Made by a program: the position numbers and the translations under genes. DNA of 64,000 nt from Octopus vulgaris (lineage: Eukaryota): NCBI GenBank assembly GCA_951406725.2, contig OX597831.1, positions 75,392,001 through 75,456,000 of the forward strand, written 5' to 3'. This document shows, piece after piece, positions 39,060-52,108 of this stretch (its first letter is position 1; each line of letters begins with the position of its first letter). Under the pieces are notes generated by a model, which worked only from the letters and a program-made list of their open reading frames with translations, was not told the DNA's origin and did not search any database.

Positions 39060-39270
39060 ATATTTCTTTACTACCCACAAGGGGCTAAACACAGAGGAGA
39101 CAAACAAGGACAGACAAAGGAATTAAGTCGATTACATCGACCCCAGTGCTTAATTTACTGGTACTTAATTTATCGACCATGAAAGGATGAAAGGCAAAGT
39201 CGACCTCGGCAGAATTTGAACTCAGAACGCAAGCGGCGGACGAAATACCGCAAAGCATTTCGCCCGGCGA
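39060..39270 (-). mobile_element. SINE family B
   Basis: Reverse complement of family B. Confidence 0.88.
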
Positions 39271-39771
39271 AATATATACTTTTATGTATATTCATACGTA
39301 TATGTACAAGATAATCACGAAAGAATACTATATATATACATATGTAAGTGTGTATATATATATATATGTGTGTGTGTGAACATAAATAACAACCTCCGGT
39401 GCAAAACGAGGGTCAAGAATTAAGTGACATTTAGGATTCGTCCGATGTTTTTCTACGAAAATATGGTCTTTTTATCGTTAATTATAATATACAATAAACA
39501 ATAATTTTGTCGGTGTAATTAATCGTAATAATAGTAAATAGTCATAGTAATTACACATTCCATTGCTGATTCATAAACTAATATTTACATTTTTTTACAT
39601 GTGGAAGGAGGAATCTTCTAATGTGGGCTGTTTTATGTCTATACAAATATGCCATAAACCTCTAATAAACACACTCAATCTTAGCGTAATTACTTATGTA
39701 ATATGAAGAACACCTGACCGAGATCTATCTATCCATCTGTCTGTCTGTCTATCTATCTGTCTATCTATCTT

Positions 39772-39843
<72 letters not shown>

Positions 39844-40279
39844 AATCTATCTATCTATCTATCTATCTATCGATCTGTCTATCTCTCGATCGATCGATCG
39901 AGTAGGCGGAATGCCCTAAGCCGGATGTATAAAGTGTTATAATTGAGCATTTCCTGTAAAATAAAGGGTTTTTCCCTACTTTTCTGGTCTTCGTCGTAGT
40001 GTGATACTCCGCCAACTGTGGTATGATAGGCACACCACAGTTAGTGAGTTGGTACACCATTATATATATATACGCACCATCTGCTAAATATATATTTGTA
40101 TATATGTCTATTTTTATGTCAATCTATGTCTGTAAAAACAATTTAACATTAACTAAGGAAATGCACTATTTTTGAAGACTACTTATATTAAACTTTTACA
40201 AAGTGGGGGTTTTAGTGACCTCAAAGTTTTTCGGCCTGCTACCATTCGGTTTGACTCTCTCTTACTTTCTCCATATATA

Positions 40280-40778
40280 CAGTGGTGGACTGGCCAGGTC
40301 GCTAGCTTGCCCGATGGCAAGTGGGTCCCTGCGCCATTAGAATCCATATATGGGGGCGGGGGCCCGTGTTAGTATCTAAGGCAGTGCTTTTCAAACTTTT
40401 TGCTGAAGCGGAACCCCAAGGAAACGTTCCACTGGCTCGAGGAACCCCTGTGCAATAATTTAATAGTCTTATGCACAAACATCTGCACAGGAGAATTAAA
40501 AATTACTGTTGATTTTAGCATTTTTGTAACTTCTTGCGGAACCCTGGTTGAAAAACACTGATCTAAGGGGTTCATCCCCTCATGTTTGAGAATTTTTTTT
40601 ATTCACTCCTGGAAGAATGCATTTTTTCAGCCTGGTAGTGTTTGTAGACAGTTGAAACGAATACTTTTAACAAAAGAGGGAAAAAAAAAAAAAAGAAATT
40701 AAACGATAGCTTTGTAGTTGTGGGTGGGCCTCCTTAAACATCCTGGCAACGAATATTTTAAAACTCGGTCGGCCAATA
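40280..40778. mobile_element. Older hAT-like MITE (host of the nested MITE)
   Basis: CAGTGGTGGACTGG start and degenerate end TCGGTCGGCCAATA. Internal GGGCCC/GGGCC motifs. Confidence 0.45.
40382..40560. mobile_element. hAT (Charlie-like) MITE
   Basis: TIRs CAGTGCTTTTCAA / TTGAAAAACACTG and a perfect 8-bp TSD ATCTAAGG. Confidence 0.9.
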
Positions 40779-41385
40779 CATATTGTCAGGGCCGGATGAA
40801 AACACGCATAAATGTAAGGCGTCCTAACTATCTAAATTCTGTCCTTTGATATATCTCAACCTGTGTTATCAATGTGTCCTTCCTAAAGGGATTTGGGAAG
40901 GGGGTTATTATTTCTTGCATTTTAAGCGATCGCGTCGGAACTCTCTCTCCTTCGTCTCGTAGTGTCTCATGCATTGCTCTATATGCACATATGTGCACCG
41001 ACCTATGTAATGCATCTCTGTATGCTTATGTGTACGACTGTTTGCACATTTTAAATGCTGGTGGGCCCGTGTTATTAGTCATGGCATTTAATCTAAAGTG
41101 TCAGTGTGTGTTGATAGTGTTTTTTTAATTTATGAATAAACATACTTTGGTACCTATCTGTTATATAAGTTTATCAGTATTTCAGTAAAGTGCATGTAGG
41201 ACCTCCCTCCCTCTCTCTCTCTCTTCCCTCCCCCTCTCTCTCTCTCTCTTCCCTCCCCCTCTCTATCTCTGTATCTTTTATCTTTTACATGTCTTGAGCA
41301 TAGACCTGCGACCATGCTACAGCATCACCTTGCAGAGTTTGGTCGAACAAACTTAGTGTTTTTTTTTTTAATTTAAAGCCTGGTC

Positions 41386-41638
41386 GGTACTACTTTGAAA
41401 ACAGTGGTCTCGGTGCGCGCACTCGCGTAGTCGCGCATCCGCGTTAGCTAGTCGTGACTAGTCGATCCTACAACGACTACCTAGCAAAGTAAATAAAACA
41501 CAAAAACACAAAGTAAATTTTTGTTAAACAAAGTAAATAACACACAAAAACGGTAAGGATCGACTAGTCATGAGTAGCTAGCGCGGATGCGCGAGATCGC
41601 GAGTGCGCGCACCGGGACCACTGTTCTCTAGTAGTACC
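41386..41638. mobile_element. MITE with GGTACTA termini (Merlin-like)
   Basis: About 85-bp imperfect TIRs and a perfect 8-bp TSD GCCTGGTC. Inserted into a decayed SINE A. Confidence 0.85.
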
Positions 41639-41721
41639 GCCTGGTCTTTATTCTTCGGTCATTTTTGCCGAACCTTTAAGTTTCGAAGACGTAAACAGAA
41701 AACAAAAAAAAAAACAACTGT

Positions 41722-42125
41722 CAGGAGTGGCAGTGTGGTAAGTAGTTTGTTTACCAACCACATGGTTCTGGGTTCAGTCCCACTGCGTGGCACCTTGGGC
41801 AAGTGTCTTCTACTATAGCCTCGGGCCGACCAAAGCCTTGTGAGTGGATTTGGTAGACGGAAACTGAAAGAAGCCCGTCGTATATATGTATATATATATG
41901 TATGTGTGTGTATATGTTTGTGTGTCTGTGTTTGTCTCCCTCGCATTGCTTGACAACCGATGCTGGTGTGTTTATGTCCCCGTTACCTAGCGGTTCGGCA
42001 AAAGAGACCGATAGAATAAGTCCTGGGCTTACAAAAGAATAAGTCCTGGGGTCGAGTTGCTCGATTAAAGGCGGTGCTCCAGCATGGCCGCAGTCAAATG
42101 ACTGAAACAAGTAAAAGAGTAAGAG
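41722..42125 (+). mobile_element. SINE family A, full length
   Basis: Family A head and tail. Confidence 0.9.
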
Positions 42126-42454
42126 TAAGTAGGGTTCGAGACACAAACACGCGCCCTCGACGTGCTTCCACGCAATTTGGTTACCAAATTCACTCACAAG
42201 GAAATGGCCGGCCTGGGTCTATATTAGAAAACACTCCCCCAAATTGCCGTGCATTTCGACTGATCTTCAAAACCATTTGGTTGCGTTGCAAAGCGACCTT
42301 CTTAACAACACAGCCATGATAATAAACATAATTAAGTCTATATGTGCGTGTATACATACATACATATATATACAGACATACATACATATATACATACATA
42401 CATATATATAGATCTGTGAGGCAAGTGAAAATCTTTCTCAATCAAAGCCAGAAT

Positions 42455-43369
42455 ACTACAGGGAGACACACTTGCCCCATTTCTTTTCATCATTGTTGTT
42501 GATTATGTGCTACGTATGTCAGTTGATACCATCTCTGGCAATGGCTTTGAAATAAAACCAAGAAGAAGTTCCAGACACCCAGCTGAGTACTTGACAGACA
42601 TTGACTTTGCTGACGACATCGCTCTTATCAGTGATTCTCTCTCCAATGCCCAGTCTCTTTTACAATCTCTTGAACAAGCCTCAAATTGTGTAGGTCTTTA
42701 CCTCAATGAGGCCAAAACTGAATACATAAACAAGTGCCTGTCCAACAGTGATTTCATCATCCATACTCTCAACAATGCACCCTTAAATATGGTTTCTGAT
42801 TACAAATATCTTGGGTCATACATATCATCATCTGGAAAAGACTTTCTAACTAGAAAGGGTATGGCCTGGTCAGCCTGTAATGACATGCATAAGATCTGGT
42901 CATCAAATCTAAGTAGAGACTTCAAACTTAAAATATTCAAAGCCACAGTTGAACCAATTCTACTATATGGCTCAGAAACCTGGACGTTATCAAAGAAGCC
43001 TGAGAGGCGGTTGGATGGAACTTACACTCGCCTCCTTATGAGAGCTCAAAATCTCTCGTGGAAGCACCATCCAACCAAAATGCAAATATATGGGAAACTA
43101 CCACCTGTGTCATCTCTTGTGAAAGGTAGGAGAGTCCAGTTTGCTGAACATTGTTGTAGAGCTGAAAAAGAGGTAATTTCTACTCTTCTCCTCTGGAAGC
43201 CATCTACTCGCAATACCAGAGGTCGCACACTCTCCTACCCTGATGTAATCTCCAGGGATACAGGCATCCAGCAACAGGACCTCCGTAATGCCATGATGGA
43301 CCGTGAAGTCTGGCGTAGCATGGTAAATTCCATTGTCTCAACCACGGCCGAACAATGATGATGATGATG
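42455..43369 (+). mobile_element. RTE-B LINE 3' portion (RT motifs 4-7 to C-terminus, essentially no 3' UTR)
   Basis: QGDTLAP, DIDFADDIAL, YKYLGS, LLYGSETW. The stop codon lies at the start of the (TGA)n tail. Confidence 0.92.
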
Positions 43370-43806
43370 AAAATCAAAAATCAAAATCGATCAACATCAA
43401 TGGAAATTGCAGCTGTGATACCAGTGCTGGTGGCACATAAGAGAACCATCCGAACGTGGACGTTGCCAGCGCCGCCCCGACTGGCTTCCGTGCCGGTGGC
43501 ACATAAAAAGCACCATCCGATCGTGGCCGTTTGCCAGCCTTGCCTGGCCTCCGTGCCGGTGGCACGTAAAAAGCACCATCTGACCGTGGCCGTTTGCCAG
43601 CCTCGTCTGGCACCTGTGCCCATGGCACGTAAAAAGCACCCACTACACATGGAGTGGTTGGCGTTAGGAAGGGCATCCAGCCGTAGAAACATTGCCAGAT
43701 CAGACTGGGCCTAGTGCAGCCTTCTGGCTTCCCAGACCCCAGTTGAACCGTCCAACCCATGCCAGCATGGAAAACGGATGCTAAACGATGATGATGATGA
43801 TGATGA
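43370..43806 (+). mobile_element. RTE-A 3' UTR with four ~60-70 nt tandem units
   Basis: Repeated GTGCCGGTGGCACGTAAAAAGCACC and a (GAT)n tail. Confidence 0.88.
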
Positions 43807-44604
43807 CATACATACATATCTACTTACCCACCTACCTGTCTGTCTGTCTGTTTGTCTGTCCATCCGTCCATCCATCCATCATATCTGTCTGTCTGTTTGT
43901 CTATCTGCACACACACACGTTAAATATATCTATTGATCTGTCTGTATAGTGTATGTGTATATGTACACAAACAGGTCATCTTACCCCCACCTCCTCCTCC
44001 CATGCTGGTGTAGTGTTGCACAGGTTATCACAGCCCAAATCTGTTTTTATTTAGAGTAACGCCCTCCTGGGTGGGAATCAAAGAACCACGTCTTGTACAC
44101 TTCATATTTAGCCTTGATCTTTATGACTGGATGCCCTTCCTATCACCAACCATATCACAGGATGTATTTGATGCAGTTTCATCCTGGGATCAACACTATA
44201 AAGGTTGTAACCATCATCATCATTATCAAAATCGTCTTTGTTTAACCTCCGCCTTCCATGCTGGCATGGGTGGGACGGTTTGAGAGGAGCCAATCGGGAA
44301 AGACCCCGGTACCAAACTTCTGTGACTGTTTTGGCTGGATTTTTACAGCTGTATGTGCCCTTCCTAACACCAACCACTCAGCAGAGTGGACTTAGTTCTT
44401 ATATGTGGCACAAGCACAGGTGAGGTCAGTTTTGGCAAGGTTTTTACAGCTGGATGCTTTTCCAAATGCCAACCACTTTACAGTGTGGACTAGGTTTCCT
44501 TTTTAAGTGGCACCTGCGCTGACAGGGTCACCAAGTAACTTGCAAGGCAAAAAGTTCTTTTGAGAAGGGAGGGGACATTGGAGGAGGTAATCTTGTGTCA
44601 GGTA

Positions 44605-44840
44605 AGGTGGCAAACTGGCAGAAACGTTAGCACGCCGGACGAAATGCTTAGCGGTATTTCGTCTTCCGTTACATTGTGAGTTCAAATTTCGCCGAGGTCG
44701 CCTTTGCCTTTCATCCTTTCAGGGTCGATTAAATTAAGTACCAGTTACGCACTGGGGTCGATGGAATCGACTTAATCCATTTGTCTGTCCTTGTTTGTCC
44801 CCTCTAAGTTTAGCCCCTTGTGGGTAGTAAAGAAATAGGT
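44605..44840 (+). mobile_element. SINE family B with TSD
   Basis: Flanked by the direct repeat AGGTAATCTTGTGTCAG (about 44585 and 44837). Confidence 0.88.
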
Positions 44841-45870
44841 AATCTTGTGTCAGATGATGAAAGGTTATGGTGAGATGGAGAGAGAGAAACAGGTGTCTTG
44901 CTGTAGGGGAGGTACATGGTTACCTCGCCAATGAGAGAGAGAGAGAGAGAGAGAGAGAGTGATCAGGAATGAGGACAGAGACAGGTGTGCTATCACAAAG
45001 GAGATACATGGTTACCCAACCTTAGAGAAGAGCAGGAGAGAGAGACAGCAGGATAGAGATGGTGGCAAAGTGGCAGGCATACTCACAAGGAACGAGGATC
45101 AGAATATAAATGGGATGGTTGAGTAAAGGCAGAGAGAGATATAGATGGTGGCAAGTGCCTGGGTATACCCTTGGGGTTTGAAGATCATAAGATAAGTGGC
45201 AGGATATTGTGAAAGAAGCGTGATTAGAGATTGCAGAGTGGGTGGGGGAAGTGAGTGGCAAAAACCTGGGTATACATAGAGTAGTGGTGGGGCTACCGAA
45301 TAGCAGTAATACAGAGAAACAGGGCCCATGAGGAAGGGATTGGGGAGTAAGAAGTAGGCATAGTGTATGAAGGAGGAAATGTGAGGAAAAGGAAGAGATG
45401 TAGATTGGTTTGTTGGGGTAGGGTGTGTGGGAAAGTTTTCTTGTTAAGTGTGGGTGGGACACACAACATGTCTAGAACTCGGTTTCACTGACGTGGGTGG
45501 GTCTTCTCAAGAACTTCATATTGCCAGACATATTGGTCCATCATCATTTCCTCTGTGAGGCCCAACATCCTGAGATCAGTTCTCACCACTTCATCCCACA
45601 TCTTCCTGGGTCTCCCTCTTTCATGGGTACTGTCCACATTCAGTGATCGGTGCTTCTTCTTATGTCCTCAACATGACTAAAGAATCCTCTCAAGGGTCCT
45701 GTGTAGCTTCCATAGAGCCCAGATGATTTGCCAACCACTCTACCAAGTGTACAGCATGCATTTTATTGTGACACTGGCACTAGTAAGATTTCTTTGTATC
45801 CTGTAAGACTAAGAAATCCTCATTACTCTATGATGATCTGTGTTCTTTTGCTTAGCATTAAATGACCCAT

Positions 45871-46276
45871 AGGCATAGGAGTGGCTGTGTGGTAAGTAGC
45901 TTGCTTACCAACTACATGGGTCTGGGTTCAGTCCCACTGCATGGCACCTTGGGCAAGTGTCTTCTACTATAGCTTCAGGCCAACCAAAGCCTTGTGAGTG
46001 GATTTGGTAGACAGAAACTGAAAGAAGGTCGTTGTATATATGTATATATATGTGTGTGTGTGTGTATATGTTTGTGTGTCTGTGTTTGTCCCCCCAACAT
46101 CGCTTGACAACCGATGCTGGTGTATTTACATCCCTGTAACTTAGTGGTTCAGCAAAAGAGATCGGTAGAATAAGTACTAGGGTTACAATGAATAAGTCCT
46201 GAGGTCGATTTGCTCGACTAAAGACGGTGCTCCAGCATGGCCGCAGTCAAATGACTGAAACAAGAGTAAAAGAGTA
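45871..46276 (+). mobile_element. SINE family A, full length
   Basis: Family A head and tail. Confidence 0.9.
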
Positions 46277-46632
46277 AGGGGATGGACAGAAGAGAGAGAG
46301 TGATCTTCTAGTAGTGTAGCTGATAAGGGAGTGACCACTTCCTCTGTGTACATTTCTCAAAATTGGTGCCTTTTCAACAAATTTTTGTTAACTGTTTAGT
46401 GCAATAAAAGTCAAATCCTTTTTTTTTTTTTATTAATTGCACAGCCATGGAAGAACTTTCTGGTGTCATTACTTTATTTTTCCAACCTTCCATGTTTTGG
46501 AACTGTCTGCTCAAATTCCTGTAATGTGGCTAATAACACCTGAAACACCCCACCCCCCGTTCATAACCTCTCGATACTGAGTGATCCTGTGGAGTTTCCT
46601 CTTATTCACAACACATCTATATCAATAGCTGT

Positions 46633-47015
46633 GGAGGCACAACGACCCAGTCGTTAGGGCAGCGGACTCGCGGTCATAGGATCGCGGTTTCGATTCCCAG
46701 ACCGGGTGTTGTGAGTGTTTATTGAGTGAAAACACCTAAAAGCTCCACGAGGCTCTGGCAGGGGACGGTGGTGACCCCTGCTGTACTCTTTCACCACAAT
46801 ATTCTCTCACTCTTACTTCCTGTTTCTGTTGTACCTGTATTTCAAGGGGCCGGCCTTGTCACTCTCTGTGTCACGCTGAATATCACCGAGAACTATGTTA
46901 AGGTTACACGTGTCTGTAGAGTGCTCAGCCACTTACAAGTTAATTTCACGAGCAGGCTGTTCCGTTGATCGGATCAACCGGAACCCTCGTCGTCGTAACC
47001 GACGGAGTGCTTCCA
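46633..47015 (+). mobile_element. SINE family C (tRNA-Arg-like head) with 15-bp TSD
   Basis: Head GGAGGCAC..CCCAGT.GTTAGGGCAGCGGACTCGCGGTC..GGTTTCGATTCCC. TSD TATATCAATAGCTGT at 46618-46632 and 47016-47030. A head fragment also lies at 54045-54125 (-). Confidence 0.85.
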
Positions 47016-47084
47016 TATATCAATAGCTGTCACTTTCATTCATAATAACTTCGTTAGTGAAACAGGAAATTAATGACTGTAGAG

Positions 47085-47252
47085 AGTGGCTGTGTGGTAA
47101 GTAGCTTGCTTACCAATCACATGGTTCTGGGTTCAGTCCCCCTGCGTGGCACCTTGGGCAAGTGTCTTCTATAGTCTCGGGCTGACCAAAGCCTTGTGAG
47201 TGGATTTGGTAGACAGAAACTGAAAGAACCCTATTGTGTGTGTGTGTGTGTC

Positions 47253-47291
<39 letters not shown>

Positions 47292-47535
47292 ATATATACA
47301 TATAAATATGTATGTATGTGTGTGCATATGTTTGTACGTGTTTGTCCCCCCCTCCCATCACCGCTTGACAACCAATGGTGGTGTGGTTACGTCCCCATAA
47401 CTTAGCAATTCGGCAAAAAGAGATCAATAGAATAAGTACTAGGCTTGCAAAGAATAAGTCCTGGGGTCGATTTATTTGACTAAAGGCGGTGCTGCAGCAT
47501 GGCCACAGTCAAATGACTTGAAACAAGTAAAAGAA
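47085..47535 (+). mobile_element. SINE family A
   Basis: Family A head and tail. Confidence 0.88.
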
Positions 47536-47659
47536 TTACAACCAATGAAAGATTTCATAAGAGAAGAGTTAAAAATTTTTCCGCATGTGCCACAGTGCCA
47601 TTTTTCTCATGTGCTTGCTCCACCTAAATTTAGAACCTGGCTATGTTACTGGATCAGTA

Positions 47660-48003
47660 GTGCTGGAGCACCGTCTTTAGTCGAGCAAATCGACCTCAGG
47701 ACTTATTCATTGTGACCCTAGTACTTATTCTACCGATCTCTTTTGCTGAACCACTAAGTTACAGGGATGTAAACACACCAGCATCAGTTGTCAAGTGATG
47801 TTGGGGGGACAAACAGAGACACACAAACATATACATACACACACACATACACATATATATACATACATACAACGACCTTCTTTCAGTTTCTGTCTACCAA
47901 ATCCACTCACAAGGCTTTGGTTGGCCTGAAGCTATAGTAGAAGACACTTGCCCAAGGTGCCATGCAGTGGGACTGAACCCGTAACCATGTGGTTGGTAAG
48001 CAA
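47660..48003 (-). mobile_element. SINE family A
   Basis: Reverse complement of family A. Confidence 0.88.
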
Positions 48004-48286
48004 TACTTTTCTGGGGTCAAGCCTGTATAAGCTTTGATGTGTGGTGGTGGTGGTGGTGGTGGTGGCAGGGGTTGGGGCAGGAATAACTGCTGCAGGTTCA
48101 AAGCTTGCCTTGGGCAGCACACATTTTAGCTGTGCCACTGCGGATGATGTTAGAAGAACCAGGATGGTTAAGTGGAGGTTGTAGGTGTGTAGTGGTAGAA
48201 AGGGAGAGATTTAGGGAGAGAGAGGGGTTTAGTTGAAGGAGGAGTTGGTGGGTAGTGATAGAAGTGGAAAATGGTGGGTGACAGTA

Positions 48287-48532
48287 ACATCATCATCATC
48301 ATTGTTTGACCGTGGTCGAGACAATGGAATTTACCATGCTACGCCAGACTTCACGGTCCATCATGGCATTACGGAGGTCCTGTTGCTGGATGCCTGTATC
48401 CCTGGAAATTACATCAGGGTAGGAGAGTGTGCGCCCTCTGGTATCGCGAGCAGATGGCTTCCAGAGGAGAAGAGTAGAAATTACCTCTTTTTCAGCTCTA
48501 CAACAATGTCCAGCAAACTGGACTCTCCTACC
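48287..48532 (-). mobile_element. RTE-B LINE 3' fragment
   Basis: RRVQFAGHCCRAEKEVIS...VWRSMVNSIVSTT and a (GAT)n tail. Confidence 0.9.
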
Positions 48533-48741
48533 TGTGACAGTAACAAGTGGCTGAGAGCCCTCCCCCCGGGGGGGGGCAAGCGGGTGGGGTGGGGAGGCAG
48601 AGAGGGTGGTGGTAAGGAGTGCCAGGTACTCGCTGACTTCATAAACACTAGACATTGTAATACAGTGACTAGAAGAATGAATGAGTAGGGAGAGAGGGGG
48701 AGTGGTAAGGAGAGGAGGAGTGTGACAGGGAGATGAGCAGG

Positions 48742-48801
48742 CTTCAAAGAGGTGTTGCTTCAAAGAGGTGTTGCTTCAAAGAGGTGTCGCTTCAAAGAGG
48801 T
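48742..48801. repeat. 16-bp minisatellite, about 4 copies
   Basis: GCTTCAAAGAGGTGTT repeated. Confidence 0.9.
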
Positions 48802-48804
48802 GCC

Positions 48805-49110
48805 GGGTTGTAAGAGTAGTTATTCATTTCTAATTCATTATCTCATTTATCAATGACTAAATCTCCTCACTGCATCACCAAATGCTATCCTCATGCATTA
48901 CAAGACTGTCTCTATTTTGAATAACAGACTAATGTCTTGTTTCCTCCCTGGGGAAAAGGGATACATATGACAATATTTATGACCATACCTAGCCATGAGC
49001 TGTCCACTCACTCTTGTTCTTCATTTAAAATAGACACAGTCTGCTAGTCTTAGATTTAGTAGTTGATAAAGAGATAAATGAATTAGAAATGGATTACAAC
49101 TCTTCCAACC
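48805..49110. mobile_element. Degenerate MITE with about 60-bp TIRs
   Basis: GGGTTGTAAGAGT...ACTAAATCT vs AGATTTAGT...ACTCTTCCAACCC. Confidence 0.6.
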
Positions 49111-49269
49111 CTTTGACCCCACTATGCTCCATGGATTCTTAGAAGTTGCAGTCTATTCTTAGCTACAATATCGACAACATGAATTTCTTCCATATTCTTG
49201 CTCTGATAAAATATTTAAGAAAAATTATATTAATGTGTCCTACTTGTTAAAATTCCATTTATTTATTTG

Positions 49270-49355
49270 TGCAGCTGAAGATGACATTGCATTTAAATTG
49301 ATGTAATGATTGCATTATTCAATTAAATGGAGCCACTTGAAACAGTTGTACTGCA
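49270..49355 (+). ncRNA. Hammerhead motif (CTGAAGA core, degenerate stem II)
   Basis: TGCAG-CTGAAGA...GAAAC-AGTT-GTA-CTGCA. Same family as 55894-55985. Confidence 0.55.
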
Positions 49356-49381
49356 TTACTACTTGATATCCAGTTGCTATT

Positions 49382-49429
<48 letters not shown>

Positions 49430-49813
49430 CTGTTGCAGATGCAACCTGGCAGGATTTTCGGTGCAGCTTCTTCAAGGGTGGGTGGGAAGTTGTAAGAGGA
49501 TATTGGGAGAAAGAGATAGAAGTGGGTAAAGCTAGGCAAACACCAGGATTGTGTAGGGTTGTGAGGATGGATGCAGGAGTGGGATTGCTGAGGGTTGCAA
49601 AAAGGGAGCAATAACAGGATTGTTATAATGATACAGCTGATTTGGATGGGAGGGTTGCAGGAAAGAGAGAGATGATGTGTTTGGGAGGCTACAGGGTTAG
49701 TGTTGAGAGAGAGAGAGAGAGAGCCAGGTGTGGTGCATGATGATAGCATTTGGTGATGCAGTGAGAAGATAAATGAGATCGCTGTGATATGTGAGTGCAG
49801 AGCACAATATCAA

Positions 49814-50022
49814 CTCCTTAGCATTTAAAGTGGCCATAACAGGCCCAAATAGCCTACCTGCTTTATGTTCAAACTGACCAGATTCAGTCTTTCATGTCCA
49901 CCCCTTACAATAAAACAACTGCATCATCAAAATCTCAAAGCCACAAGATAATGCATGATTAATTCAAAACAATGTGAATAAATAAGGATTATATTCGACA
50001 GCGCAATCTGAATGCTAAGGGG
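49814..50022. mobile_element. piggyBac-like MITE
   Basis: T(C/T)AA|CTCCTTAGCATT ... AATGCTAAGGGG|TTAA. Confidence 0.65.
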
Positions 50023-50534
50023 TTAACGAATAAAAGAGTGTGGTAAAAGAAGGGGTGCAGTGGGTAGCTACAGCGGGAATGGTATGGTGGAGATGTGAAG
50101 AAGCGATTGGTTGAGGTGTCCATTTGTGCATTAGAGTATGTCTACCAACAGTACTTCCAGAAGTCAGTTTTGCTGCAATGGATGGGTCTTCTTGAGGATC
50201 ACATATCACCAGACATTTCTCTTCTTTGCCATTTCTGTGAGGCTCAGGATCCTGAGGTCAGCCTTCACCACTTTGTCCCATGTCTCTCTCATCCACAACC
50301 TCCAGCCACAGGGATCAGCACTTCTTAATCCACTGCTCCTCATCCACATACTTTACATGTCCAGGCCAGCACAGTCTTCTTTCTTGCACATTACCACCGA
50401 TTCCTCTTATCCCCAGTTTTCCCCTCAGCACCTTTCTACTAATTCTCTCATGCACACTCACATCACACATCCAACAGAACATACTTTCCAGTTTCCTCAT
50501 GGCCTCTGTATTCAAGGCCCATGTCTCACTACCT

Positions 50535-50822
50535 ATTTTTTACCGACCTTGGCAGAATTTGAACTCAGAATGTAAAGACAGACGAAATACCTATTTCTTT
50601 ACTACCCACAAGGGGCTAAACACAGAGGAGACAAACAAGGACAGACAAACGGATTAAGTCGATTACATCGACCTCAGTGCGTAACTGGTACTTAATTTAT
50701 CGACTCTGAAAGAATGAAAGGCAAAGTCGACCTCGGCGGAATTTGAACTCAGAATGTAGCGGCAGACGAAATACCGCTAAGCATTTCGCCTGGCTTGCTA
50801 ACGTTTCTGCCAGCTCGCCACC
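50535..50822 (-). mobile_element. SINE family B with tandem partial duplicate, inside a decayed RTE fragment
   Basis: Family B motifs. The flanking 50200-50530 and 50825-50955 segments translate on the minus strand to RTE-like sequence. Confidence 0.8.
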
Positions 50823-51529
50823 TTCCCATGTCTTACTACCATGCAGCACTGCAATTCAAACACAAGCATCATATGGTCTGCCCTTCATTCTATGGGGAAG
50901 ACCTTTGTTGCCAGCTGTGGTAGTACTCTAACTTTCTCCAACCCATTCTTACTCTCGACTGGCTTCCGTGCCGGTGGCATGTAAAAAGCACCATCCGAAT
51001 CGTGGCTGATGCCAGTGCCGCCTCAACTGGCTTCCGTGCCGGTGGCACGTAAAATGCGCCAATCTGACCGTGGCCGTTGCCAGCCTCACCTGGTACCTGT
51101 GCAGGTGGCACGTAAAAAGCACCCACTACACTCACGGAGTGGTTGGCGTTAGGAAGAGCATCCAGCTGTAGAAACACTGCCAGATCAGACTGGAGCCTGG
51201 TGCAGCCTTCTGGTTTCCCAGATCCCCGGTCGAACCGTCCAACCCATGCTAGCATGGAGAACGGACGTTAAACGATGATGATGATGATGATTAAATATTT
51301 TTAGTGCAGCCGCCTTTTTCGCTGATTACAAAAACTATCGACTACTCTTTGTGAGCGATCCGGGCATTAAAGAGAATCTATTTCCAGTGTGTCTTCATAG
51401 AATCTACTGCTCCTAAGCATTGATCACATATAAAGTTTATGTTTTCTGTCAGTCTGTCTGTGATTCCACTGGGGTGAGATATGTGTGTGTGTGTGTGTGT
51501 ATTAATCTGTCTGTCTAGTTATCCAGCTG

Positions 51530-51932
51530 TACTCTTTTACTCTTTCACTTGTTTCAGTCATTTGACTGCGGCCATGCTGGAGCACCACCTTCAGTTAAGC
51601 AAATCGACCCCGGGACTTATTCTTTGTAAGCCTAGTACTTATTCTATCGGACTCTTTTTGCCGAACCGCTAAGTTACGGGGACGTAAACACACCAGCATC
51701 GGTTGTGAAGCGATGTTGGGGGGGGGGGACAAGCACAGACACACAAACACACACACACACACATATATATACATATACATATTTACGACGGGCTTCTTTC
51801 AGTTTCCGTCTACCAAATCCACTCACAAGGCTTTGGTCGGCCCGAGGCTATAGTAGAAGACACTTGCCGAAGGTCACACGCAGTGGGACTGAACCCGGAA
51901 CCATGTGGCTGGTAAGTAAGCTACTTACCACA
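51530..51932 (-). mobile_element. SINE family A
   Basis: Reverse complement of family A. Confidence 0.9.
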
Positions 51933-52077
51933 AATACATACATACATATATATTATATATATATATATATACACACAGACACACACATATACACTGCATA
52001 CTCATTAGGAAGGTAATAGACTCAGGGAAAAAAAGCAAGTCGAGACGGCCTAGTTTTAACGAAAAGTTACGCGCACA

Positions 52078-52108
<31 letters not shown>

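Noticed and set aside
43410-43640. CRISPR-like repeat-spacer pattern (also 29586-29735)
   Set aside because: Repeats are imperfect, the 43.4 kb spacers are homologous to each other and belong to a LINE 3' UTR, and the context is eukaryotic with no cas genes.
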